Source: a virus
Reading direction: 5' to 3' (one strand)
IMG/VR virus record: IMGVR_UViG_3300027996_000023
Coordinates: 6,910-70,909 of that record
DNA length: 64,000 nt
Part shown: piece after piece, positions 10,287 through 19,585 of the stretch
Layout: the number at the start of each line of letters is the position of its first letter
Position numbering within the stretch: the first letter of the stretch is position 1
The notes under the pieces: model-generated
Told to the model about the DNA's origin: nothing
Databases searched by the model: none
The model's input: only the letters and a program-made list of their open reading frames with translations
Position numbers and translations under genes: made by a program

Positions 10287-11813
10287 TTATTGAGGCTTCT
10301 GTATTGTAATGTGATTAGCACAAGTAGGGTGAAATGCAAATTCAGAAATCAAATAGCATTCATGCACATCTGCTCCATGAGAAGCTGGACGATACATTGT
10401 TCTTCCTCCTACACCAGCACCAGTGATCTCACCAAATATCTCTTCACGAGAATACCCGTTTGCAGCTATTTTGTATTCATACCCAAATGTCCCACGTGTA
10501 GTGTTGCTTGATTTGTCTGTAGCAAAACCTACTGGCATAACTATTTGCCAAGATTTGTAGTCATACCCATCTGCACCTGCTCCAACTTTTGTGTTGAAAT
10601 CTCTGAAATGACGAAATAGGAAGTTGTATCCACCAATCTTGATAGCTTTAAATCCAATTTTAAGAGCAAACTCAGCAGGTTCCTTGTAATACTCAGTATC
10701 TTCAAGGTGATCAAACACAGAGTCTCCATAGAAGAAGTCTTTAGTCATCAAGGTAGCTGTGTCTGCATTCAAAAAGTCGGCCATTTCTTGCTCAACTTCT
10801 TGGTAAATCTCGAAGCCCATTAGATTCATAAAGGTATTTGTACCAACACGCTCTCCTTCGTAGTACCTTGCCAAGTCTCTAAAGTCAGCTAAGGTATAAC
10901 CCCCAACTGCAACATAGTTGTCAACGTTCCCATTGGTACTCGCAAATTCAATCAACCCTTCTGTACCACGAATAGGGGCATCATGCCCAAGGCGAGGAAC
11001 AAATTCTGAGATGTTAGTAATGTTTTGACCCCAAATCAAAGCACCATCACAGCGTTTTTCAAAGTCATACATCATATCTTGCTTGACCTTCAAGTAGATC
11101 GACCCTTCAAGACCAGCAACAGGCTCAAAGTACATTGTATTGGTCAATTCAGTACCAGTACTTTGTGCTTTAACTTTAGTTATCTGGAAGTCATTAGTGT
11201 ACGTAATGATACGAGGCACACGACCAGCAGGTAATTCAGACCCCTCTGCGTGAGCATTTGAGGATACAAAATAACTTTCTGCTGCTAAAATTGAAGTAGC
11301 CAAATCCACCAAAGGATCCAAAGGCGTTAATGTCAATTGATGAACCAAAGGATTTGTAGTAGTATCTTTATCCGTAATCATTGCAGAAGCACCATCTCTA
11401 AAGATGAGGATTTCGTTTTTGATAGGATAAGAAGCTCTTTGTGCCGTTGGACCAATACTTACCCCTGGGTCAAACATATCCCCTGGGTCAAGAGATATTA
11501 CTACATCTGTACCAGCACCCGTAGAGGCGGTCACAATTCCACCAACCGTTACAAGATTCTCTCTCCAAGGATATTCATAATGCCCAGTAGTAGGTGCTGA
11601 GGTTCCTCTGTTAAAGCCCATAGCTTTTAACATAATACGGAATCCTCCACCTTCAGTGTGGCGTTCAAATACTTGTACAAGTTCATTTGGGCGATAAAGG
11701 TCATATTGCGATATGACTGTCTGAGAAGATGTACCCCCACCCACAGTAGAATACACGTTCGGTTTTAAATCCTGCTTAGAAAGAGCTGGATTAATAAAAG
11801 GCGAATAGGCCAT
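10287..11813 (-). CDS. major capsid protein (crAss-like HK97 fold)
   Basis: 508 aa; YTNDFQITK, GTEGLIEFAST, LKIGFKAIKIGGYNF and YLISEFAF resemble crAss-like MCP motifs; gene order portal-scaffold-MCP; followed by a terminator. Confidence 0.85.
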   Translation of the reverse strand: MAYSPFINPALSKQDLKPNVYSTVGGGTSSQTVISQYDLYRPNELVQVFERHTEGGGFRIMLKAMGFNRGTSAPTTGHYEYPWRENLVTVGGIVTASTGAGTDVVISLDPGDMFDPGVSIGPTAQRASYPIKNEILIFRDGASAMITDKDTTTNPLVHQLTLTPLDPLVDLATSILAAESYFVSSNAHAEGSELPAGRVPRIITYTNDFQITKVKAQSTGTELTNTMYFEPVAGLEGSIYLKVKQDMMYDFEKRCDGALIWGQNITNISEFVPRLGHDAPIRGTEGLIEFASTNGNVDNYVAVGGYTLADFRDLARYYEGERVGTNTFMNLMGFEIYQEVEQEMADFLNADTATLMTKDFFYGDSVFDHLEDTEYYKEPAEFALKIGFKAIKIGGYNFLFRHFRDFNTKVGAGADGYDYKSWQIVMPVGFATDKSSNTTRGTFGYEYKIAANGYSREEIFGEITGAGVGGRTMYRPASHGADVHECYLISEFAFHPTCANHITIQKPQ

Positions 11814-11877
11814 GATATATAGATTTTTAGATTTTCAAATATTTTATCAATGACCTTATCCATTTTCTAAACTGTAA

Positions 11878-12936
11878 TTAGAAGGGACCAGCTTTTCTAA
11901 AATGTGCTCTCCTTTCTTGTGCTTTTGTTTTTTCCGCAGAAGTTAGCGGCTTGCTGTTATCGCCTTGTCCTAATGTTTTCACATTATGATGTGACTTGGT
12001 GACTTCTTCTGTCGTAGTACTTTTGGCATTCCGAACAGCAGCTTCAACAATAGCTGCACCACAATTGGCCCACATAACACGATTACAAAACTCTTGCACC
12101 TTTGAATAATCAGCATCATTATTCCTGAGCTGGTTATAGGCAGCATATTTTGTAGCCTCAATCTGCATTACGTCTCGAACCTCTTGAGGTACGGGAAAAT
12201 CAAAATCCAATGTAATATCTTTGTCCCCATCCTTACCGACAGGTACAGACACATTGTATTTCTCTTTATTGGTGATGGTTTTATTAACCACATTCCCCCA
12301 CCATTTAGAATCGCTTTCGTACTTTGCTTGGATTTGACGATTCTTTTTAACGGAATCAGGTTCTCCAGAATCTACCTTCATTTTGCCAAGCCCTTCCTTG
12401 GCTGCCTTTGCAGCTTCAAATTTCTTGACTTTTTGCATTCCGGTAAGCTCATCATCGTCTGAACCGTAAGTTTCGTTGTACCAATCTTGAATGTCCTCCT
12501 CCGACAATGCTCCACCCATAGACATTTTCTGATGCAACTTGATCGCATCTTCCTCTGACATTTCAGTGGTATTCATTTGCTGCAACTTTATAAAGCTCAA
12601 AACCTCTGACTCTGTTGCGTTGTCCTTAAACAATCTGTTTATCTCTTTAGATAAATCATTTGCAAAAGGATTCATTTGAGATTTTGCCTCTAATTCGTTG
12701 TACTTGCTTTGCAGTTCGTCATGCTTTGACCTGTAGGTTAAGCTTTCTTGAAACTGCTCGTAGGAGCTAACCTTGCCTTCGGTTAGGCCACTCATTGCAT
12801 TAAAATAACTTTCCGACTCGAACTCGCCTATTTTTTCTGGAGCATCTACGGTGGGTGCTGTCTCAGCATCACCATTAATGCTATTTACGAAATCATCTGC
12901 GTTTCCTAGATCGTTTTGCTCATTACCATCTAACAT
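11878..12936 (-). CDS. putative capsid scaffolding protein
   Basis: Acidic, coiled-coil-like 352-aa protein between portal and MCP. Confidence 0.6.
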   Translation of the reverse strand: MLDGNEQNDLGNADDFVNSINGDAETAPTVDAPEKIGEFESESYFNAMSGLTEGKVSSYEQFQESLTYRSKHDELQSKYNELEAKSQMNPFANDLSKEINRLFKDNATESEVLSFIKLQQMNTTEMSEEDAIKLHQKMSMGGALSEEDIQDWYNETYGSDDDELTGMQKVKKFEAAKAAKEGLGKMKVDSGEPDSVKKNRQIQAKYESDSKWWGNVVNKTITNKEKYNVSVPVGKDGDKDITLDFDFPVPQEVRDVMQIEATKYAAYNQLRNNDADYSKVQEFCNRVMWANCGAAIVEAAVRNAKSTTTEEVTKSHHNVKTLGQGDNSKPLTSAEKTKAQERRAHFRKAGPF

Positions 12937-12953
12937 AATATGTACATTTTATT

Positions 12954-12985
12954 CAAAAATAAACAATTTTTTCAACTTTATCAAA
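12954..12985 (-). promoter_or_regulatory. Bacteroidota sigma-A-type promoter for scaffold/MCP
   Basis: Minus strand TTTG-N20-TATTTTTG matches the -33 TTTG / -7 TAnnTTTG consensus. Confidence 0.6.
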
Positions 12986-15383
12986 CTTGGCCTTGATTCA
13001 ATTCTGGCCCTTGCCCATCTCCTTGCGCTGATTCTAGTTGCTTGTCTAAGCTTTTATGCATCACTTCGGAACCAAATTTCCTTGTATCCTTGTCCTCGTC
13101 CCTCTTAGAATCAAACTGCGCTTGAAATTCTATTGTCTTTCTATCCTCTTCTCCTTGTGCTGCAATTTTCATTAAATCTCCTTCCATCTTAGCTTGCATG
13201 GTAAGCCTTCTTTCTTGCTCTGCCACCTTAGCTGCTTCTGCGTTTGACTTGCCCTGCACTTCAAATTCTTCCATTTTTCGTTTATGCATAAGAGCTGCAT
13301 GGGATTTTGTAGCTTTAGATAGATACAGTTGAGCTTTCTTAATATCTCCATTTTTGACCATACTCCACAGCATAAAGAAGTCATCTACCCCTATTTGTTG
13401 CTGTGCCTTCATTTCGTGCAAGTTCTGCATTAATAACTGCTTATCTTCTTGCGTGGGCACTAAAGTCATCATTACGCCATAGTCGTACATGTACAACTCT
13501 TTTGATAAACTGATGGATTTTATAACTGAATCTCCTATTGGGATAAAATTTATATCTATATCTCCACCCATAAGAGCTGTCTGCCACTTCAACGTGGTGT
13601 ATCTTGCCCAATTCTTAGTCAACCCTTCTAACAGGTTAAAGTGTGGCCTAAGTGCATTATTTGTAGCAGCAGATAGGTTTTGCATTACCCCAACAAGCAT
13701 ATCTCCCTTTTGAGATGTACCATCCGCAACTTCGTTTATACCTGTTACTTGACGTATAGAATCTATATTTGTTGCAATTTCAGTCAAAAATATTTGTAAA
13801 TCTTCTTGTACACCAGAGGGCATAAATGAAAAAGGAGGCCTATTGCTTCCGCCTTCGTCACCTTCGTATTCTGATTTAGACTCCACAATAAGAACACCTG
13901 ACTTGCTGTACAATGTAAGCAGATCAAGCATCGAATACACATCTCCACCTATATTAACGGAATCTCTAAGTAGCGATTTATCAACTACCATTCTTGGCCC
14001 AGGAGCCATCTTGGATAAAGCATTTCTCTTCTTTAAAGTAGCCAGTTGTATATCGTCAACAAAGGCTATGCATCTTTCAACTAAACTCTTAGATTTGTTA
14101 GAGTAAACCTGTATAGGCAATAGAGCTTGCTTTATGCCATCTTTATTAGCTTTGGCAATAGCGTATTCCACATCATTATCGTACACTTCGTCACACCCAA
14201 TAACCCAGCAACATCGATAACATTTTTCTATTATATTGTCATCCATTTTTTTGCCTCGCTTTTTCATTCTTGAACTAAGCTTGGCATTCCTTTTTACCTT
14301 ATCATAAATATAGTTGCCTTCGTCCTCCCTAACTCCAACCAAATATCTTTCTACGTCCTTAGCTATAAAGTAACATTCTAGTACATCCACCCTAAAATCA
14401 TTGTAGCTCAAGTCTGAACTATTAAAGTCGTAATCGCCTCTATAAGACTTTTCCCACTCTATCCCAGAAGGCGTAGAAAACTCATTGCTGTTCCCATTCC
14501 TTCCTTTGTACTTTTTTGCAATTTTCATCAATTGACCTTCAGTAAGATCTGACTCCATGCGAAGCTGGCCAATAGTTACACTTCTGACTTCTCCAGCATA
14601 AGTGCTGTCACGATGGTCTGCGTATTTGGATTTTTGTATGATTAATTTCTCAGGGTCTACATAATCAGATATAACCTTATGTGTTTTTTTGTGTACTATA
14701 GTTTTTATAGCACATATCCCTAAATCCACAATATCCTCTATGTTTTTTTCTTTTATAGTTTCCCAATGGCTTTCGTATTGAGTACTTTGCAAAGCGTCTG
14801 CCATTGCCATCTCCCACTCTAGCCTTACGCCTCCCATTTTTATCCAAACATCTACCTCTTCGGCTGTTTTTATGTACTGGGGTAGTTCAACATCTGGAGG
14901 ACCAATCCCTGTTTTTTCCATAAACTCTTTAATCATTGGGCTGGTCAAGAGTCTCATTTTATTGGATTGATTCAGTCTTGCCTTGCTGGATAGCTCGTCT
15001 AACGCTTGGGTAGTTATCTCAAAGCCCATAGATAGCATCTTCCCTTTTACTATGTCTCTAAACTTAGGTAGTATCTGTACTATCTCTTGATTTAGATTCA
15101 AATAACCCTCATTAGTAAATTCGTCACAGTCATCTAACAACTCTAAGTATCTACGCTTGCCCTGCAAGCCAAGGGCATACAACCTAAGCTCTGAAAAGCT
15201 TTTACCGCTACCTCCGCTATACCCACCATACTCAGTTGTTGATCCACTATTATTGTATTGGGACCAGATGTATTTGCACATCTTGAGATAGAAAGGATCG
15301 TCCTTCACGCCATAGCGATTTGGCATGTTATACTTTTTCTTCTTATCCTTAAAGTCCTTTTCTCCTAAATATTTTTCAGCCAT
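12981..15383 (-). CDS. portal protein
   Basis: 800 aa; LRLYALGLQ, YLNLNQEIVQILPKFRDIV, DYVDPEKLI, YAGEV, SLVERCIAFVDDIQL, IRQVTGINEVADG resemble crAss-like/flavophage portals; downstream of TerL. Confidence 0.88.
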   Translation of the reverse strand: MAEKYLGEKDFKDKKKKYNMPNRYGVKDDPFYLKMCKYIWSQYNNSGSTTEYGGYSGGSGKSFSELRLYALGLQGKRRYLELLDDCDEFTNEGYLNLNQEIVQILPKFRDIVKGKMLSMGFEITTQALDELSSKARLNQSNKMRLLTSPMIKEFMEKTGIGPPDVELPQYIKTAEEVDVWIKMGGVRLEWEMAMADALQSTQYESHWETIKEKNIEDIVDLGICAIKTIVHKKTHKVISDYVDPEKLIIQKSKYADHRDSTYAGEVRSVTIGQLRMESDLTEGQLMKIAKKYKGRNGNSNEFSTPSGIEWEKSYRGDYDFNSSDLSYNDFRVDVLECYFIAKDVERYLVGVREDEGNYIYDKVKRNAKLSSRMKKRGKKMDDNIIEKCYRCCWVIGCDEVYDNDVEYAIAKANKDGIKQALLPIQVYSNKSKSLVERCIAFVDDIQLATLKKRNALSKMAPGPRMVVDKSLLRDSVNIGGDVYSMLDLLTLYSKSGVLIVESKSEYEGDEGGSNRPPFSFMPSGVQEDLQIFLTEIATNIDSIRQVTGINEVADGTSQKGDMLVGVMQNLSAATNNALRPHFNLLEGLTKNWARYTTLKWQTALMGGDIDINFIPIGDSVIKSISLSKELYMYDYGVMMTLVPTQEDKQLLMQNLHEMKAQQQIGVDDFFMLWSMVKNGDIKKAQLYLSKATKSHAALMHKRKMEEFEVQGKSNAEAAKVAEQERRLTMQAKMEGDLMKIAAQGEEDRKTIEFQAQFDSKRDEDKDTRKFGSEVMHKSLDKQLESAQGDGQGPELNQGQV

Positions 15384-15711
15384 AATAATATAACTCGAAT
15401 AAAAAAGATACAGATGTAGCTACCTGCAAATTACTAACCCACCAAAACATTGGCCAATGCCATTTTTTAGCCGCAAAAACCATGACGCATTTTACCCATG
15501 TCCCACAAAATACATAAAAACAGCCAATTACACAAGACATTACAACCGCTAATGCCATTGGGCTGTAAAAACTAAATACACCGCAGCACATTAAAACATA
15601 TAATATTGCACTTCTAAAGTCCTCTTTAAAGGAGTATTCACGATCATCCCTGGGGCTGTCATACCAATAAGAATGGACAATAAAAACCACTAACCATAGT
15701 ACAATTATCAT
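15376..15711 (-). CDS. small multi-pass membrane protein
   Basis: Hydrophobic 111-aa ORF overlapping the TerL stop and the portal start. Confidence 0.55.
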   Translation of the reverse strand: MIIVLWLVVFIVHSYWYDSPRDDREYSFKEDFRSAILYVLMCCGVFSFYSPMALAVVMSCVIGCFYVFCGTWVKCVMVFAAKKWHWPMFWWVSNLQVATSVSFLFELYYYG

Positions 15712-17855
15712 ATCCTGTGAACTCTTTTTTTAACTGGCAATCCTTTAGACCAATCATCCTCTTTTTTCTTCTTACCCAACTCTTTGTGGTCCATAGCGGC
15801 CAACAGAGCCATGCCACATGCTACTGTTAAATCTCGCTTAGTCCTATTTTTTACATTATACTCTCTAAAGTCATTTAGAATCCTTGTATGGTGATAAGTC
15901 TGCCACCTAAAGTACACATGTTTTTTTAATTCCTGTGTATATAAGTGAATAACTCCCTTACTTGCCTTTATTCCTTTTTCCTTTTTAAATTTCTTATTCT
16001 TATTCCCTGCAGTTTCTACTACCGTTTGCCTTGGCCTTCTCTTAATGTAATGCTTAAAGTCTTTATCTTCAAACCAAGGAATTATTGAACCTCTATCTTT
16101 TTCGGGAAATATTGCTACTCCATAGTAAATCGCACCCATCAACATCTGCTCGAAGATCTCATAAGGATTGTCTGGCCGATCCAAGTAATCCGCTATAAAC
16201 CTATCTGTCTGCATCTTCCAAACATCCCACTCTTGTACTTCCCCTTCTTCGTTCCTGTCTAAATTACAGTCCACCATCTCATTAAACCTACGATATATAG
16301 CAGCTCCTCCATCCGAGCCACCTCCATCTTCTGCCATGTGGTCAACAGGATCCACCCCCATTGTGTACAAAGCATCATTGCCAGGGTGAATACCATTTTC
16401 CCTTACGAAGCAATTGTTAGGCTTCTCTGGGTGATGTGACACTCTCCACTTACCTTTGGCATTTGGCATCCACTTAACTTTTGACCCAAATCCATCAACC
16501 CAAGCAAAGTCTCCTTTTATCTCTAACGGCTTAACCTCACTTCCTGTTGCAGTTAATGGCTGATCATTTCCAGCCAACCCGTTATCTATTTGTGATATCC
16601 TCTTGTCTAAATACACAGGAAAGAGCACACATTCACTATGAGGAGGACGAAATACATCTTCAATAGTAATAGGGTGCTTTCTGTTAAAATCTGCCAATCC
16701 ATCCCAATCTGTGTCTGATTCGTAGCTTTCTCTTTCGTTCTTTACGAACTCAATACACTCTTCCTTCAAGTGAAAACCCCATTCGTCTACTCCGTAAGCA
16801 TAAACACAATTCCTAAAATACCTATAAAGCCCACTCTTTGTTCTATTGTTTTTATTTCTTTGCTTTGGGTTAGACTCGTCAAAGGTCTTTTTAATATGCT
16901 TCATTGTTTCCGCACTCTCAAAATCCTCTACGGTAGTTGTCCACAAAGCTTTGCCTATGATATCCTTACCATTCTTTAGTGCCAAAGCTGGCTTCACCCT
17001 TCGCCACTGGGCATTTACATCAAAGGCCTTTATCTTACCCGGCTCATCTAAATGCCACAACCCTAACCTATCCCCATCATAAGCACCTAATACACTGGCC
17101 TTAAAATCTATCTTAGATTTAATAGGATCATACTTGTACGTCAATTCCCCTTGCCCCGTACCTTTTTTCTTCTTTTTCTCCAATTGCTTGAGGGAGAATA
17201 TCTTTCTAGGATACTTGAACTCTAGCACTTCTCCTGGGTCTGAGGAGCTTGGTAGTATAGGACGAAAGAAGAATGCCATCTCTGAATGCGCAGCAACAAT
17301 CCTTTTAAAATTAACCCCTGCATCCGTATCGGTAACATTTTGCATTCCACACCAAGTATATTTTGTGCCAGATGCTAATTCGTACATTAGATGCAGTGCT
17401 TTCTCTGTATCCCCCATACGTCTACCCTTAATGTCTACCTCTCCACAGCAATTAGGATCTCTCCAGCAATGCTCCCAAACCAAATAGAACAGCATGTCTC
17501 CCTCTCTAAACTCTGGATACATACCTGCCTCTACCCACCAAAAATTCAAGTAGTGCCAAAACTTTCCTGTAATATAGTAAGGCTGTCCCTTTATGTACCA
17601 CCATTCCCCATGCTGCCTCTTGTGGTACATCTTTTCCACAAACTTATCCATCTCCTTTTCTGGCCACCTTTCAAGATCATCTGGAATAACCTCTTTTCTA
17701 AACTTCTGGTCCTTTATCTTCTTGCCATAGTTTATTATCTTCTTCTTGTCTGGCATCTTAGGCAATACCACAGGGACCTCAAAGCCATCTATTTCCATAG
17801 TGCCGTAAGGTTTGTCCCACCTCCATTCGGATGTATATAAGTATTCTTTTGCCAT
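15708..17855 (-). CDS. terL: terminase large subunit
   Basis: YITGKFWHYL, Walker A-like KGRRMGDT, Walker B LWHLDEPGK, nuclease motifs MGVDPVD and RDLTVACGMALLA. Confidence 0.9.
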   Translation of the reverse strand: MAKEYLYTSEWRWDKPYGTMEIDGFEVPVVLPKMPDKKKIINYGKKIKDQKFRKEVIPDDLERWPEKEMDKFVEKMYHKRQHGEWWYIKGQPYYITGKFWHYLNFWWVEAGMYPEFREGDMLFYLVWEHCWRDPNCCGEVDIKGRRMGDTEKALHLMYELASGTKYTWCGMQNVTDTDAGVNFKRIVAAHSEMAFFFRPILPSSSDPGEVLEFKYPRKIFSLKQLEKKKKKGTGQGELTYKYDPIKSKIDFKASVLGAYDGDRLGLWHLDEPGKIKAFDVNAQWRRVKPALALKNGKDIIGKALWTTTVEDFESAETMKHIKKTFDESNPKQRNKNNRTKSGLYRYFRNCVYAYGVDEWGFHLKEECIEFVKNERESYESDTDWDGLADFNRKHPITIEDVFRPPHSECVLFPVYLDKRISQIDNGLAGNDQPLTATGSEVKPLEIKGDFAWVDGFGSKVKWMPNAKGKWRVSHHPEKPNNCFVRENGIHPGNDALYTMGVDPVDHMAEDGGGSDGGAAIYRRFNEMVDCNLDRNEEGEVQEWDVWKMQTDRFIADYLDRPDNPYEIFEQMLMGAIYYGVAIFPEKDRGSIIPWFEDKDFKHYIKRRPRQTVVETAGNKNKKFKKEKGIKASKGVIHLYTQELKKHVYFRWQTYHHTRILNDFREYNVKNRTKRDLTVACGMALLAAMDHKELGKKKKEDDWSKGLPVKKRVHRI

Positions 17856-18497
17856 TTAACTTTTTCCATGAAATTCTGGAAGCTTCGCATATTTCTCCGC
17901 ATAGCTTCCAACTGAATTTTGAGTAGATTTTTTACTTATCATCTGCAACAGCCTAATATCATCAAATATATCCGCCTCTAATTCTTGCATGTGCTCCTTC
18001 ATGTTACCAAGCTCCTTCATCAACGCTTTACGGGCATTTAACTCTACAGCCACCCTCTTAGGGTCGCTCGTCAATGCCTTTCTCAAGAACTTATTAAAGT
18101 CGTGAATCTGCATCTTATAAGTAAACCATTGCTCATAATCTGCGTCATGTATTAACTTGAAAAACTCAAATACCACCTCACTAAACAACTCATTCTCTTC
18201 TTCAATAGCAGCCCATTCTACACTATCCTTATCAATCTTCATAACCTTGCGAGACTCTTCTTTTCGCTTATCAAAGTCCCTCTCATCAAACATAGGGCTT
18301 TGAGTATCTATAAAGATGATAACAAATCCCAGAAGGTTTGATAGATTCCTTCCTTTCCATTTAAGCGCCTTCATCTCTGGAGTGACAACACTAAACACAG
18401 GAACCTGCCCAAGCCTCTTGTAGTGCTTAAAGATATAAGTATCTCCAAATGTATCAAATGGATTAAACTCCATCTTAGAAAAATCAGATCTTACCAT
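17856..18497 (-). CDS. hypothetical protein, candidate terminase small subunit
   Basis: 213-aa helical protein abutting the TerL start; position only. Confidence 0.35.
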   Translation of the reverse strand: MVRSDFSKMEFNPFDTFGDTYIFKHYKRLGQVPVFSVVTPEMKALKWKGRNLSNLLGFVIIFIDTQSPMFDERDFDKRKEESRKVMKIDKDSVEWAAIEEENELFSEVVFEFFKLIHDADYEQWFTYKMQIHDFNKFLRKALTSDPKRVAVELNARKALMKELGNMKEHMQELEADIFDDIRLLQMISKKSTQNSVGSYAEKYAKLPEFHGKS

Positions 18498-19245
18498 TGC
18501 TATTTACTTTTGCTAAAATATCTCTTCTTTGCATAACATAATAAGGATACCTACCTTTATTTAAACTCTGGTGACAAAACCACTCAGCACATACCCCTGC
18601 CGTTTTTTTAAACAGCACAGTATCCCCAACATCCACATCGTCTGCATCTCCACCTCTCTTATCGTAAAGATAATTACCATTCACCTTTCCTATATTTCTC
18701 ACAACCCCTATCCCTGTCTTTCTATTGGCCATCTTTTCCACAACCATTCCATGCTCATTCTCCAACTCGTCCTTACTCCAAAGCACAGGTTCTACCCATG
18801 CCCACCCATTAAGCATTATCTGGTCATCCCCTCTATTTGCCATAAACAAAGTGTCGTAGGGAACAAACATAGCTGGAACCTTATTGCTATCTACATGCCA
18901 ATAAAGTCCTTGAGCCATAGCTTCCATGTGATTAGAGTACCGGAACACCACTTCATCCCCAACTTGGACCTCCATCTGTGTTGCAAATTCTAAGCTCCTG
19001 TTATTCAAGAACTGTTTTTGCTTCACCAACTGTTCGCTCCTGTCAAACCTCTCCAGTCCTCGAATACTATCCCCAGCATCATACAACAACTTAGGGACCA
19101 TCAAAACCGTACCCTTCACCGTATAGTGATGCGAAAAGTCATGCACATCATACATAACCCACTCGCCTATTTTTGTCAAATGGGCAGTAGGCTGTATCAT
19201 CACCAAATTATTACTTATGTGATAAGGTCTAACGCAACTGGCCAT
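18484..19245 (-). CDS. GroES-like co-chaperonin with two tandem domains
   Basis: Two GroES-like signatures: KGTVLMVP...MEVQVGDEVVF and GIGVVRNIG...DVDVGDTVLF...YYVMQRRDILAKV. Confidence 0.7.
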   Translation of the reverse strand: MASCVRPYHISNNLVMIQPTAHLTKIGEWVMYDVHDFSHHYTVKGTVLMVPKLLYDAGDSIRGLERFDRSEQLVKQKQFLNNRSLEFATQMEVQVGDEVVFRYSNHMEAMAQGLYWHVDSNKVPAMFVPYDTLFMANRGDDQIMLNGWAWVEPVLWSKDELENEHGMVVEKMANRKTGIGVVRNIGKVNGNYLYDKRGGDADDVDVGDTVLFKKTAGVCAEWFCHQSLNKGRYPYYVMQRRDILAKVNSNGKI

Positions 19246-19585
19246 CTTCTATAGCTTTAACCAACCCAGCATCTAAGCTATTCCCCTCCCTTACGGAAAA
19301 GAATACTTTAAGATCTGAATGATGACAAACAATTAACTTCCTTCCATCTCCTGTGTCAAACTCAAACTTCTGAGTGACTGGCTTGAGAACAACTACCCCT
19401 ACTTCTATCTGGTCATCCCAAGGAATAAACTCCCTCTCTTGACTTGTAGGCTTACTAAAAGACACGATTTTGGCCAACTGAGGCTGGCTATGTCTTACTT
19501 CCCCAAACATTTGTGGCCCCTTGTGCCTTATTGTAACATCCTCTAACAAGACATGACCCACCCTAGGTTTTATTTCTTTATCCAT
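19229..19585 (-). CDS. GroES-like co-chaperonin
   Basis: IKPRVGHVLL...AKIVS...IEVGVVVL...GRKLIVCHHSDL follows the Cpn10 pattern; directly downstream of GroEL. Confidence 0.6.
   Translation of the reverse strand: MDKEIKPRVGHVLLEDVTIRHKGPQMFGEVRHSQPQLAKIVSFSKPTSQEREFIPWDDQIEVGVVVLKPVTQKFEFDTGDGRKLIVCHHSDLKVFFSVREGNSLDAGLVKAIEDGQLR

Noticed and set aside
15708-17855. Introns or inteins in TerL, DnaB or DnaG
   Set aside because: Normal lengths, uninterrupted ORFs and no intein or homing-endonuclease motifs seen
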